IMG/VR virus record: IMGVR_UViG_3300028393_001967
Reading direction: 5' to 3' (one strand)
Source: a virus
DNA length: 64,000 nucleotides
Every line of letters begins with the position of its first letter. The first letter of the stretch is position 1. Under the pieces are notes generated by a model that had not been told where the DNA came from, searched no databases, and was given only the letters and a program-made list of their open reading frames with translations. This document shows positions 1 to 7,245 of the stretch, piece after piece. The position numbers and the translations under genes are program-made.

Positions 1-96
1 CAACTGATATGGCACGTAAGTTTCATATTAAAAATGGTGCAAATGTTTTCCGTAGTAATGAAGAAACTGTTAACTACGAATACATTACTGTTTAAT

Positions 97-171
97 GGGC
101 TTTTGGTGAAATGGATATCATAGCGGTCTTCGAAACCGTTGGTGGGAGTTCGATCCTCTCAAGGCCCGCCA
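97..171 (+). tRNA. tRNA-Arg(UCG)
   Basis: Cloverleaf; anticodon arm GCGGT-CT TCG AA-ACCGT; GTTCGAT T-loop; encoded CCA. Confidence 0.9.
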
Positions 172-174
172 CAA

Positions 175-339
175 TTAAAGATTGTTGATCCAACGTAGTG
201 CAGAATTTACGTTGGTAAAGTATTTCATTTCGAAATATGTAGAATCATATGTGTCCTTAACAACGATGCAACATACCCCGTCTAACAAGCATAGATGAAA
301 TTGTAGACCACTTGGAGTAACGTTGTCATATGTTCTCAT
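175..339 (-). CDS. small hypothetical protein antisense to the tRNA array
   Basis: ORF fills the gap between two tRNAs; start moved to ATG at 339 so it does not overlap the tRNA; TAAATA just upstream on the minus strand. Confidence 0.5.
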   Translation of the reverse strand: MRTYDNVTPSGLQFHLCLLDGVCCIVVKDTYDSTYFEMKYFTNVNSALRWINNL

Positions 340-351
340 AAAAATATTTAT

Positions 352-426
352 CTCGCTGTAGTACAATGGATAGTACCACTCACTCCTAACGAGTTAATAG
401 GGGTTCGATTCCCTTCGGCGAGACCA
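352..426 (+). tRNA. tRNA-Arg(CCU)
   Basis: Acceptor CTCGCTG/CGGCGAG, loop CT CCT AA, GTTCGAT, CCA. Confidence 0.85.
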
Positions 427-448
427 AATCAAATTAGACTTTTTAGGT

Positions 449-521
449 GTGACTATGTTGTAATGGTAGCAACCTAGACTGTGACTCTGGTAGTACGGGT
501 TCGAATCCCGTTAGTCACCCC
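449..521 (+). tRNA. tRNA-His(GUG), no encoded G-1 or full CCA
   Basis: Acceptor GTGACTA/TAGTCAC, discriminator C, loop CT GTG AC, GTTCGAA. Confidence 0.85.
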
Positions 522-533
522 TAAAAAGTTTAT

Positions 534-610
534 GCCCCGTTACGCTAATTGGTAGTGCGGATTCTCTCAAAAGGAGTTGGATGTCTGTTCGAATCAGACA
601 CGGGGTACCA
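534..610 (+). tRNA. tRNA with CAA (Leu) anticodon and short variable loop
   Basis: Acceptor GCCCCGT/ACGGGGT, loop CT CAA AA, GTTCGAA, ACCA. Confidence 0.8.
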
Positions 611-618
611 TATAAATA
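611..618 (+). promoter_or_regulatory. T4-type late promoter TATAAATA
   Basis: Exact motif directly upstream of ATG 623; same motif at ~62927. Confidence 0.55.
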
Positions 619-622
619 CACA

Positions 623-1126
623 ATGAAACTGCTAGACTTATTACTCGAATCCAATATAGATTCCCTATTAGAAGAATTTTGGGCACAATGTACACCTGTG
701 CAATTACAATATTATTTTGTACAGGACAACTGCTATGGTGCTAGCCAGGACCTAATGCAGTTTTTAGATAAACAAAAAGGTATTCGTAATGCAGAGATTG
801 TTCCTATTGGTAGAATAGTAAATGGTAAAAAGTCTATGGGCTGGTTTAGGGCCGATGTAGCAGATACAAGCCTAGATGCATTTACACGAGATGATGTTGC
901 CAAACTACGTAGTCAAGGTTTAGATCCACGTAAATCTCAAGATCGAGTTGCCTATATAACTAACAACAACCTAACTGAAGAGTTTTGTTGGATTCCACAT
1001 AGTTGGGTAGAAATACGTGGACGTATACTAGATCCCAGCGGTTTCTACAAAGATGGCAAGAGCGGACAGTTTGATCGTATGGTCAAAGATAAAACTAATC
1101 TCACATCTAGATATCAATATTTCTAA
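623..1126 (+). CDS. hypothetical late protein (MKLLDLLLE N-terminus)
   Basis: ORF; start moved from 581 (inside tRNA) to ATG 623 after the late promoter. Confidence 0.7.
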   Translation: MKLLDLLLESNIDSLLEEFWAQCTPVQLQYYFVQDNCYGASQDLMQFLDKQKGIRNAEIVPIGRIVNGKKSMGWFRADVADTSLDAFTRDDVAKLRSQGLDPRKSQDRVAYITNNNLTEEFCWIPHSWVEIRGRILDPSGFYKDGKSGQFDRMVKDKTNLTSRYQYF

Positions 1127-1127
1127 T

Positions 1128-1202
1128 CTGGCGTTCGTATAGTGGAAAATACAGGAAGCTTCTACCTTCTAAACAGCGGTTCGATTCCGTTACGCCAGAC
1201 CA
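1128..1202 (+). tRNA. tRNA-Arg(UCU)
   Basis: Acceptor CTGGCGT/ACGCCAG, loop CT TCT AC, CCA. Confidence 0.85.
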
Positions 1203-1212
1203 TATAACCTTA

Positions 1213-1297
1213 GCCCTGGTGGTGGAATTGGTAGACACGCAGCGTTGAGGTCGCTGTGCCGAAAGGCTTGGGAGTTCGAGTCTCCCCCAGGGCACCA
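1213..1297 (+). tRNA. tRNA-Leu(GAG)
   Basis: Class II cloverleaf, loop TT GAG GT, CCA. Confidence 0.93.
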
Positions 1298-1319
1298 AAA
1301 TTAATGATACAAAAAGACA

Positions 1320-1347
1320 TTGACATTCATAGTTAAATACGTATAAT
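1320..1347 (+). promoter_or_regulatory. sigma70 promoter
   Basis: TTGACA-16 nt-TATAAT. Confidence 0.75.
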
Positions 1348-1354
1348 AATATAT

Positions 1355-1467
1355 GCGGCTGTGAGTGGAATATAGCAGACCTCCCGCTTGACCCATAGTC
1401 AAGAATGGGGACGGGGCAAGGACATAGTCATTTGCTTTTGCGGGTGCAAGACCTGCCAGCCGTACCA
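1355..1467 (+). ncRNA. 113-nt tRNA-like RNA with extended anticodon and variable arms
   Basis: Acceptor GCGGCTG/CAGCCGT plus ACCA; T-arm GCGGG-TGCAAGA-CCTGC; central arm about 11 bp ending in a 5-nt loop CCATA. Confidence 0.7.
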
Positions 1468-1520
1468 GATTTTAAATACTTGTTGACAAGGTGCAATAAG
1501 TAGTGTATAGTAAGTATTAA

Positions 1521-1610
1521 GGAACGGTCCCATAATGGTATTGGAGCGGATTGCTAATCCGTCGAGTGATGAAAGTCGCTTTCTGAGTTCGAGTCTCAGT
1601 CGTTCCGCCA
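1521..1610 (+). tRNA. tRNA-Ser(GCU)
   Basis: Long variable arm, loop TT GCT AA, GCCA. Confidence 0.92.
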
Positions 1611-1631
1611 TAAAATTTATAAAGAGAAAAA

Positions 1632-1856
1632 ATGAAACCTAATAAGACTTTCAAAATGCGTAGTACAACAAAGACATTAATGGGTTCAATCGTTGATCCA
1701 GTGCAACGTAATCAATTCAAGAATATGATGATCCAAGCACAATTGGCAAGTGAAGTTGTTGTTAAACGTGAACCACGTAATGATAACAAACCTCGTGGTA
1801 ATGCAGGTTATGTAACAAATGATACTGGCACTGCCAGTACTTCATCAGAAGAATAA
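1632..1856 (+). CDS. hypothetical protein
   Basis: ORF fills the gap between tRNAs; purine-rich RBS. Confidence 0.65.
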   Translation: MKPNKTFKMRSTTKTLMGSIVDPVQRNQFKNMMIQAQLASEVVVKREPRNDNKPRGNAGYVTNDTGTASTSSEE

Positions 1857-1863
1857 AGAATAT

Positions 1864-1938
1864 TGGCATATAGCTCAGTTGGTAGAGCAACGGACTGTTA
1901 ATCCGTGGGTCCCTGGTTCGAGCCCAGGTTTGCCAGCC
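1864..1938 (+). tRNA. tRNA-Asn(GUU)
   Basis: TAGCTCAGTTGGTAGAGC D-arm, loop CT GTT AA; CCA not fully encoded. Confidence 0.9.
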
Positions 1939-1945
1939 CTACATC

Positions 1946-2019
1946 GCTCTTATAGTTTAATGGAAGAACACTGTCTTGGTATGACAGGAATTGCAGTTCG
2001 ATTCTGCATTAGAGCACCA
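1946..2019 (+). tRNA. tRNA-Thr(GGU)
   Basis: Loop TT GGT AT, GTTCGAT, ACCA. Confidence 0.88.
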
Positions 2020-2030
2020 TACTTAAACAT

Positions 2031-2507
2031 ATGAACAAATTTACAGACTTTCCAGAACAACCTCGCATTATGACCAATGATGAAGGTGAAAAATACTTTA
2101 ACAATATGGTCAGTCAAATTAATGATTTCAAACCTAATGAAATTATTGCTGTGGCACGTAGCGGATTTAGTTATGCTATGTGGACAGCGCAAATTCTTAA
2201 ATTACCACTAGGTGCATATTGGTCAGAACGTGGTGAATTGATTACTGGCTCTGATCCAGAACGTATTGTGTTTGTTGATGACAACATTTTGTCAGGTACA
2301 ACATACAAGGACACTAAACTGTTTATGAGTCGTTACTATCCCAATACTGAATGGCGTTGGGCAGTACTGTTTAGTGATTGGCTTACACCTGAACTTGTTC
2401 GCAATGAAATTATTCAAGGTGTTCGTTTACCTTACTTTGCTGAAGAACCCATGTGGGGCAGTAAGAAAGTAAGTGTTGATTACGGAGTAAGATTCCGAGA
2501 TGAGTAA
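2031..2507 (+). CDS. type I phosphoribosyltransferase
   Basis: AVARSG and the PRPP-binding loop VFVDDNILSGTT. Confidence 0.8.
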   Translation: MNKFTDFPEQPRIMTNDEGEKYFNNMVSQINDFKPNEIIAVARSGFSYAMWTAQILKLPLGAYWSERGELITGSDPERIVFVDDNILSGTTYKDTKLFMSRYYPNTEWRWAVLFSDWLTPELVRNEIIQGVRLPYFAEEPMWGSKKVSVDYGVRFRDE

Positions 2508-2916
2508 AATTGCTTTTGATTTGGATGGCGTATTAGTTCCAGACTATCACCATATTCCCAACTTAACAATGCAAGAGTTTTATCTACAGACTTTGTATGC
2601 CAAACCCCTGTTTAGTCCAGTTGGCGAGTTTGATATTGTAACTGCACGTTCAGCAGAATATAGGCCCATTACTGAAAAGTGGATTGAACAGTTGGCCACA
2701 CGACCACAAACTGTTATAATGAAAACTGACGATGCTGAAACAGCCGCAGATTTTAAATATCGTATCTGTGTAGAACAAGGTTACACATTGTACATTGAAA
2801 GTGATCCGGCAATTGTTGAAGCAATGCGTAAATTAATTTATGATAATGATTATGCCAATCTTGTAAATTGTAATGTAGTACATTTTGCAGGATTTATTGC
2901 GAGTAGCTTAAAATGA
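2500..2916 (+). CDS. HAD-superfamily phosphatase
   Basis: AFDLDGVL motif I, VTAR motif II. Confidence 0.75.
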   Translation: MSKIAFDLDGVLVPDYHHIPNLTMQEFYLQTLYAKPLFSPVGEFDIVTARSAEYRPITEKWIEQLATRPQTVIMKTDDAETAADFKYRICVEQGYTLYIESDPAIVEAMRKLIYDNDYANLVNCNVVHFAGFIASSLK

Positions 2917-4319
2917 TTATTGATTGCTTTATGTTTTTCAACGAGTTTGATATGCTAGAAGGTCGACTTGAATATCTGTTTGACACTGTTGACTATTTTG
3001 TTATTGTAGAAAACGATCTCACTCATAGCGGAAATAAAAAGCCAATGAATTATGCAAATAATACAGAGCGTTATCGAAAATTTCAAAAGAAGATTATATA
3101 TCTTCCATTGAGTACTGATCATAGTAAGTATGACTGGAAAAGAGTGCCGCCGGTTGGTAGTTTGGATGTAACATCGTATTATGCATCTATGGCAATGGAT
3201 GTTGATCAACGTAATTATATTGCACAAGGTTTAAAACAGTTTAAACCCACTGATATTATTATGATCAGTGACTTGGACGAAATCCCAACCAAGAAAGCCA
3301 TTAAACAAGCAATACAACATATTAACAGTGGCGTGGAAGCGGTTGCATTTGTGCAAGATATGTTTTATTACAATCTTAAACAGAAGCAAACTAATCCTTG
3401 GGCAGGAACAATACTGACTACTAATAAATCAGTTGCTGAAAAAAGCCCGCAATGGTTTAGAAGAAAACGATGGGAGTTGCCTAAAATAATGGATGCTGGA
3501 TGGCATCTAAGTTATTGGATGACTCCTGAGCAAATACAACATAAGATTATGAACTTTGCTCATCAAGAATATAATATTCCTGATATTATTAATCTTGGAA
3601 ATATTGCAGAACGCATCAGAACTGGCAAAGATTTATTTGGTAGAGAAACGTCTACAACATCATACACTGAATTTATTCCTGTAGATAGAAGTAGTTTGAA
3701 TCCTGATTTGCTTTCAGTATTTGCTAAGTTTGAACCTAACCTGAATTATATTCCTCATTACTATGAAAATGTAGAAGGGTGGTTTAATCCTGGAGACATT
3801 GCGTTCTATAAAGAGATAATTGACAAGTTCAGTGGTCCTGCTCACTTTGTTGAGATTGGAAGTTACAAGGGAAAAAGTTCTAGCTTCATGGCTGTGGAAA
3901 TTGCCAACAGTGGCAAGAATATTAATTTTGACTGTGTTGATACTTGGGCAGGCAGTCCTGAACATCAAGCTGGTGGCAATCTAGAAGATCCAGATGTTGT
4001 TAACGACAAAATGTTTGACATCTTCAAACAGAATATGGAGCCTGTAAAAAGTTATTATAAAGCCAAACGTATGTCCAGTTTGGAAGCTGCTACTACTTAT
4101 TTGGATAAAAGTTTAGACTTTGTATTCATTGATGCAGATCACAGTTACGAAGCAGTTAGAGCAGATATCATAGCTTGGTGGCCAAAGGTAAAAAATGGCG
4201 GCATCATTAGTGGCCACGACTATCATATGGGTGCGCCAGGTGTTATGAACGCATCAAACGAACTGTTTGGTTATGTAAGAGTTACTGGCAGTTGTTGGTG
4301 GGTTGAGAAAAAAGTATGA
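2913..4319 (+). CDS. GT17-like glycosyltransferase fused to class I SAM methyltransferase
   Basis: IIDCFMFFNE, SDLDEIP and GWHLSY (GT17); VEIGSYKGKS, FIDADHSYE and GHDY (Methyltransf_24-like). Confidence 0.8.
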   Translation: MIIDCFMFFNEFDMLEGRLEYLFDTVDYFVIVENDLTHSGNKKPMNYANNTERYRKFQKKIIYLPLSTDHSKYDWKRVPPVGSLDVTSYYASMAMDVDQRNYIAQGLKQFKPTDIIMISDLDEIPTKKAIKQAIQHINSGVEAVAFVQDMFYYNLKQKQTNPWAGTILTTNKSVAEKSPQWFRRKRWELPKIMDAGWHLSYWMTPEQIQHKIMNFAHQEYNIPDIINLGNIAERIRTGKDLFGRETSTTSYTEFIPVDRSSLNPDLLSVFAKFEPNLNYIPHYYENVEGWFNPGDIAFYKEIIDKFSGPAHFVEIGSYKGKSSSFMAVEIANSGKNINFDCVDTWAGSPEHQAGGNLEDPDVVNDKMFDIFKQNMEPVKSYYKAKRMSSLEAATTYLDKSLDFVFIDADHSYEAVRADIIAWWPKVKNGGIISGHDYHMGAPGVMNASNELFGYVRVTGSCWWVEKKV

Positions 4320-5860
4320 CAACTATTCAATTAAAGAAGAAACTTAATTTTGGTGGCCGTCGGGTGGGACTAATCATCCCGCCTAGTCCCTTTCTGCTTG
4401 ACGAACGTGTCTTTGTAAGTCTAGGAATTTTGCGAGTTGCTGCTAGCCTTGAACAACAAGGAGTTGATGTTGGTGTTGTAGATCTCAGTGGTGTAAGTAA
4501 CTATTTGGAAGCACTTGATAGTTACGTTGAAACAGCAGACATCGAGTGGATTGGTATTACCTGCACTACTCCACAATTGCCAGCAGCAGTAAGGGTAGCT
4601 ACCCGTATTAGAAAAATACGGCCTAATCTACGTATTGTGCTTGGAGGCCCGCACGTTACACTAACTTACAGCGCAGTTAAGGTAGAAGAAAAAGCCGGAG
4701 TAATTGATGGTCGTGCTCGTAAAGCAGCGAGATTACTTGAAAGTTATTTTGATGTATTGGTATCAGGAGATGGAGAACTAGCAGTATTCGAATGTTTCAA
4801 ATCTGATTGTCCTAAAATGGTAGACGGTGACGATATGCGTGGTGATTTCTTTATGTCTAATGAACAGTATGAAGAACTTCCCCGCCCTGCAAGACATTTG
4901 GTTGATTTGAATACGTATCATTACAGCATTGAAGGGTTCCCCGCAACAAGTTTGATTGCACAGTTGGGATGTCCATTTAACTGCGGTTTTTGTGGAGGAC
5001 GAAATAGTAGAAGCCTACGTATTATTCGCACCCGCAGTGAATGGAGCATTGTTGACGAAGTGCGTTGGTTATATGAAACATATGGTTATACTGGTTTTAT
5101 GTTTTATGATGATGAACTAAACGTCAATAAAAGTTTTGTCAAATTGATGAACGACATTTATGACTTGCAACAGGAATTAGGTGTCGAGTTTAGACTACGT
5201 GGATTTATTAAAGCAGAATTGTTTACTGAAGAACAAGCGGAAGCAATGTACAGAGCTGGTTTCCGATGGATACTGAGCGGATTTGAATCCGCTGACCCTC
5301 GTATGCTGATCAACATTGACAAGATGGCCACACTGGAAGACAATACTCGTGTTGTTGAAATTGCTCACAAGTATGGACTAAAAGTCAAAGCATTGATGAG
5401 TGTTGGTCATCCTGGTGAAAGCGAAGAAAGTATTATGTGTATTCGTGACTGGCTGATCAAAATGAAAATTGATGACTTTGATTGTACAGTGATCACTACA
5501 TATCCAGGCACCCCATACTATGACCTAGCAGTACCTGATCCAGTAGAAAAAGGTGTTTGGACATACACGCATCGTAAAACAGGCGACAAGTTACACTCTT
5601 ATGAATTAGATCATACTGTAACGGCCGATTACTACAAAGGCGACCCTAATGGTGGTTACACTGCCTATGTGTTTACTGACAATTTGAGTGCCAAAAAGAT
5701 TGTGGAACTTCGCGACCTAGTAGAAAAAGACGTTCGAGCAGCATTAAACATTCCTTTTAATCCAGGTGGTGTAGCAGTAAAGTTTGAGCATAGTATGGGA
5801 CAGGGATTACCAGATTCCATATATCGCGAGTCTTTGGCTCTTGACATAGCAACTAAATGA
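4316..5860 (+). CDS. cobalamin-binding radical SAM enzyme
   Basis: B12-binding N-domain (SLGILRVAASL...LGGPHVT...GDGE) and CPFNCGFC. Confidence 0.88.
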   Translation: MTTIQLKKKLNFGGRRVGLIIPPSPFLLDERVFVSLGILRVAASLEQQGVDVGVVDLSGVSNYLEALDSYVETADIEWIGITCTTPQLPAAVRVATRIRKIRPNLRIVLGGPHVTLTYSAVKVEEKAGVIDGRARKAARLLESYFDVLVSGDGELAVFECFKSDCPKMVDGDDMRGDFFMSNEQYEELPRPARHLVDLNTYHYSIEGFPATSLIAQLGCPFNCGFCGGRNSRSLRIIRTRSEWSIVDEVRWLYETYGYTGFMFYDDELNVNKSFVKLMNDIYDLQQELGVEFRLRGFIKAELFTEEQAEAMYRAGFRWILSGFESADPRMLINIDKMATLEDNTRVVEIAHKYGLKVKALMSVGHPGESEESIMCIRDWLIKMKIDDFDCTVITTYPGTPYYDLAVPDPVEKGVWTYTHRKTGDKLHSYELDHTVTADYYKGDPNGGYTAYVFTDNLSAKKIVELRDLVEKDVRAALNIPFNPGGVAVKFEHSMGQGLPDSIYRESLALDIATK

Positions 5861-5920
5861 TGCTATAATTAATACATAGCAGCAAATGATGGAGTTGGCT
5901 GCTAACAAGTTCTTTAAAAA
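5841..5920 (+). promoter_or_regulatory. sigma70 promoter, hairpin and boxA-like antiterminator
   Basis: TTGACA-17-TATAAT with extended TG; hairpin 5877-5904; GTTCTTTAAAAA at 5909-5920. Confidence 0.65.
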
Positions 5921-5935
5921 GATATAGTAAATTTT

Positions 5936-6019
5936 GCGAGAGTGGTGGAATGGTATACACAGCAGACTTAAAATCTGCCGCTGAAAGGCATACGGGTTCG
6001 AGTCCCGTCTCTCGCACCA
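5936..6019 (+). tRNA. tRNA-Leu(UAA)
   Basis: Class II cloverleaf, loop CT TAA AA, ACCA. Confidence 0.93.
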
Positions 6020-6095
6020 TATATAAACACATTAAAACACGCCCCTAGTAGCAGTAGCGAATCAAGGGTGGAAGGTTGAGTGTGTTTATATATGG
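6017..6095 (+). ncRNA. stem-closed small RNA with an AGUA/GAA bulged-G motif
   Basis: 17-bp terminal stem; inner CCTAGTA-GC-AGTA-GC-GAA. Confidence 0.5.
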
Positions 6096-6100
6096 TTTTA

Positions 6101-6225
6101 GTTAGGAAGGTGGGATTAAAGGTGTCCATCCTCTAAGGAGTAGGGCCTGTATGTAATACAGGAAGTATTAGGTACCCCGTAACTGGTAAGGCCGACATCC
6201 CTTTTAGCGTAAAAGCACACCTAAC
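6101..6225 (+). ncRNA. 23S rRNA H43/H44 (GTPase-associated centre) mimic with a 65-nt insertion
   Basis: Position-by-position match to E. coli 23S 1051-1108 with helical pairs retained or compensated. Confidence 0.75.
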
Positions 6226-6234
6226 ATTTTATTT

Positions 6235-6311
6235 GTCCCGTTCATCTAGTGGCCAAGGATAGTATCCTTTTCGGGATATTCACAGAGGTTCGACTCCTCT
6301 ACGGGACGCCA
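6235..6311 (+). tRNA. tRNA-Glu-like with 8-nt anticodon loop
   Basis: Glu-type body (GTCCCGT.., TCTAGTGGCCAAGGA, 4-nt variable loop, GCCA); loop CTTTTCGG. Confidence 0.75.
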
Positions 6312-6324
6312 TATAGTTTTTATT

Positions 6325-6416
6325 GCCAGCGAGACTTGGAAGTCAGAGAGGTCTTATAAGCCTTTTAGCGCCAGATTAGCGTTCTTGAGTGGGTCCGATT
6401 CCCACCGCTGGTACCA
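6325..6416 (+). tRNA. atypical tRNA, UAU (Ile) anticodon, minimal D-arm, long variable region
   Basis: Acceptor GCCAGCG/CGCTGGT plus ACCA; loop CT TAT AA; T-loop TCCGATT. Confidence 0.7.
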
Positions 6417-6419
6417 AGT

Positions 6420-6651
6420 TTTGTAGTGTTAGCAAGAGAATGTCACGCTATACGGTATTCTTCGAAGGTACTGTATAGTAGAAGGCAAGCGGGTTCGATG
6501 CCCGGCTGGTCGCTTGAGTGGGACCGGCGATAGATGGAATCCACGCTGGACCGGTATCCCAAGTAACAAGTCCTGGAAGAACTCGACGTAAGGAAGTCCG
6601 GCTCTGTACGTCTAAACACTAGTGATAAACCTGAGGACACTAGACTACAAA
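6420..6651 (+). ncRNA. orphan structured RNA with a tRNA-type T-arm
   Basis: Terminal TTTGTAGT/ACTACAAA; hairpins at 6448-6478, 6490-6504, 6505-6528, 6585-6612 and 6619-6643; no credible ORF. Confidence 0.6.
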
Positions 6652-6720
6652 TTCATTATTTCGTTCTTGCTATTGACGCACAATAAATATTGTGTTATAA
6701 TAGTTTTTTAGTTAGTATTT

Positions 6721-6803
6721 GCGCTGGTGGTGGAATGGTAGACACGCTGGTCTTAGAAGCCAGTGCCTAGTGCGTGAGAGTTCGAGTCTCTCCCGGCGCA
6801 CCA
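6721..6803 (+). tRNA. tRNA-Leu(UAG)
   Basis: Class II cloverleaf, loop CT TAG AA, ACCA; TTGACG-17-TATAAT upstream. Confidence 0.93.
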
Positions 6804-6834
6804 CAATTTTGTTTAACATTTATAGAAAGTACTT

Positions 6835-7062
6835 ATGATTCAACCTAAATTGGTCCGCACAATGAACGACACTGAAAAATGTGTTGAGATGATTGGTAAT
6901 CGTTTTGATCTTGTTCTTGTTGCGGCAATTCGCACTCGTGAATTGAAACGTGGCAGTCGTCCTCTAGTGGACAATAACAACAACAGTTCCGCTATTGTTA
7001 CTGCTCTTAAGGAAATTGAAAATGGCAAAGTTGGTATTGAATATTTGAGGAAAGTACGATGA
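6835..7062 (+). CDS. rpoZ: RNA polymerase omega subunit
   Basis: CVEMIGNRFDLVLVAAIRTREL...TALKEIENG matches the RpoZ signature. Confidence 0.85.
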   Translation: MIQPKLVRTMNDTEKCVEMIGNRFDLVLVAAIRTRELKRGSRPLVDNNNNSSAIVTALKEIENGKVGIEYLRKVR

Positions 7063-7244
7063 GTAAGGGCAGTCGACCACGACCATTTAGTGTTAGCCAA
7101 GAAGAACTTGGTAATAAGTTTGATGCAATTTTTGGAGAGAAACTTAAGAAACCACAATATGTTCCTCCCCCATTGCCAGAAATTGAAAAACAAGAAAGTA
7201 AAATTAGTTGGGTAACATCAACTAATGATAGCAATAAGGAATAA
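7059..7244 (+). CDS. hypothetical protein
   Basis: ATGA overlap with rpoZ; GAGG RBS. Confidence 0.65.
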   Translation: MSKGSRPRPFSVSQEELGNKFDAIFGEKLKKPQYVPPPLPEIEKQESKISWVTSTNDSNKE

Positions 7245-7245
7245 T

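Noticed and set aside
534-610. Opal suppressor (UCA) reading of the CTCAAAA loop
   Set aside because: The stem pairs only with CAA centred; shifting by one base breaks the anticodon stem
6101-6225. A true rRNA gene or host contamination
   Set aside because: Only ~60 nt are rRNA-like, interrupted by an insert and flanked by phage tRNAs
6585-6612. RNase P RNA (AAGGAAGTCCGG resembles GAGGAAAGTCC)
   Set aside because: Too short and no downstream P4 partner motif
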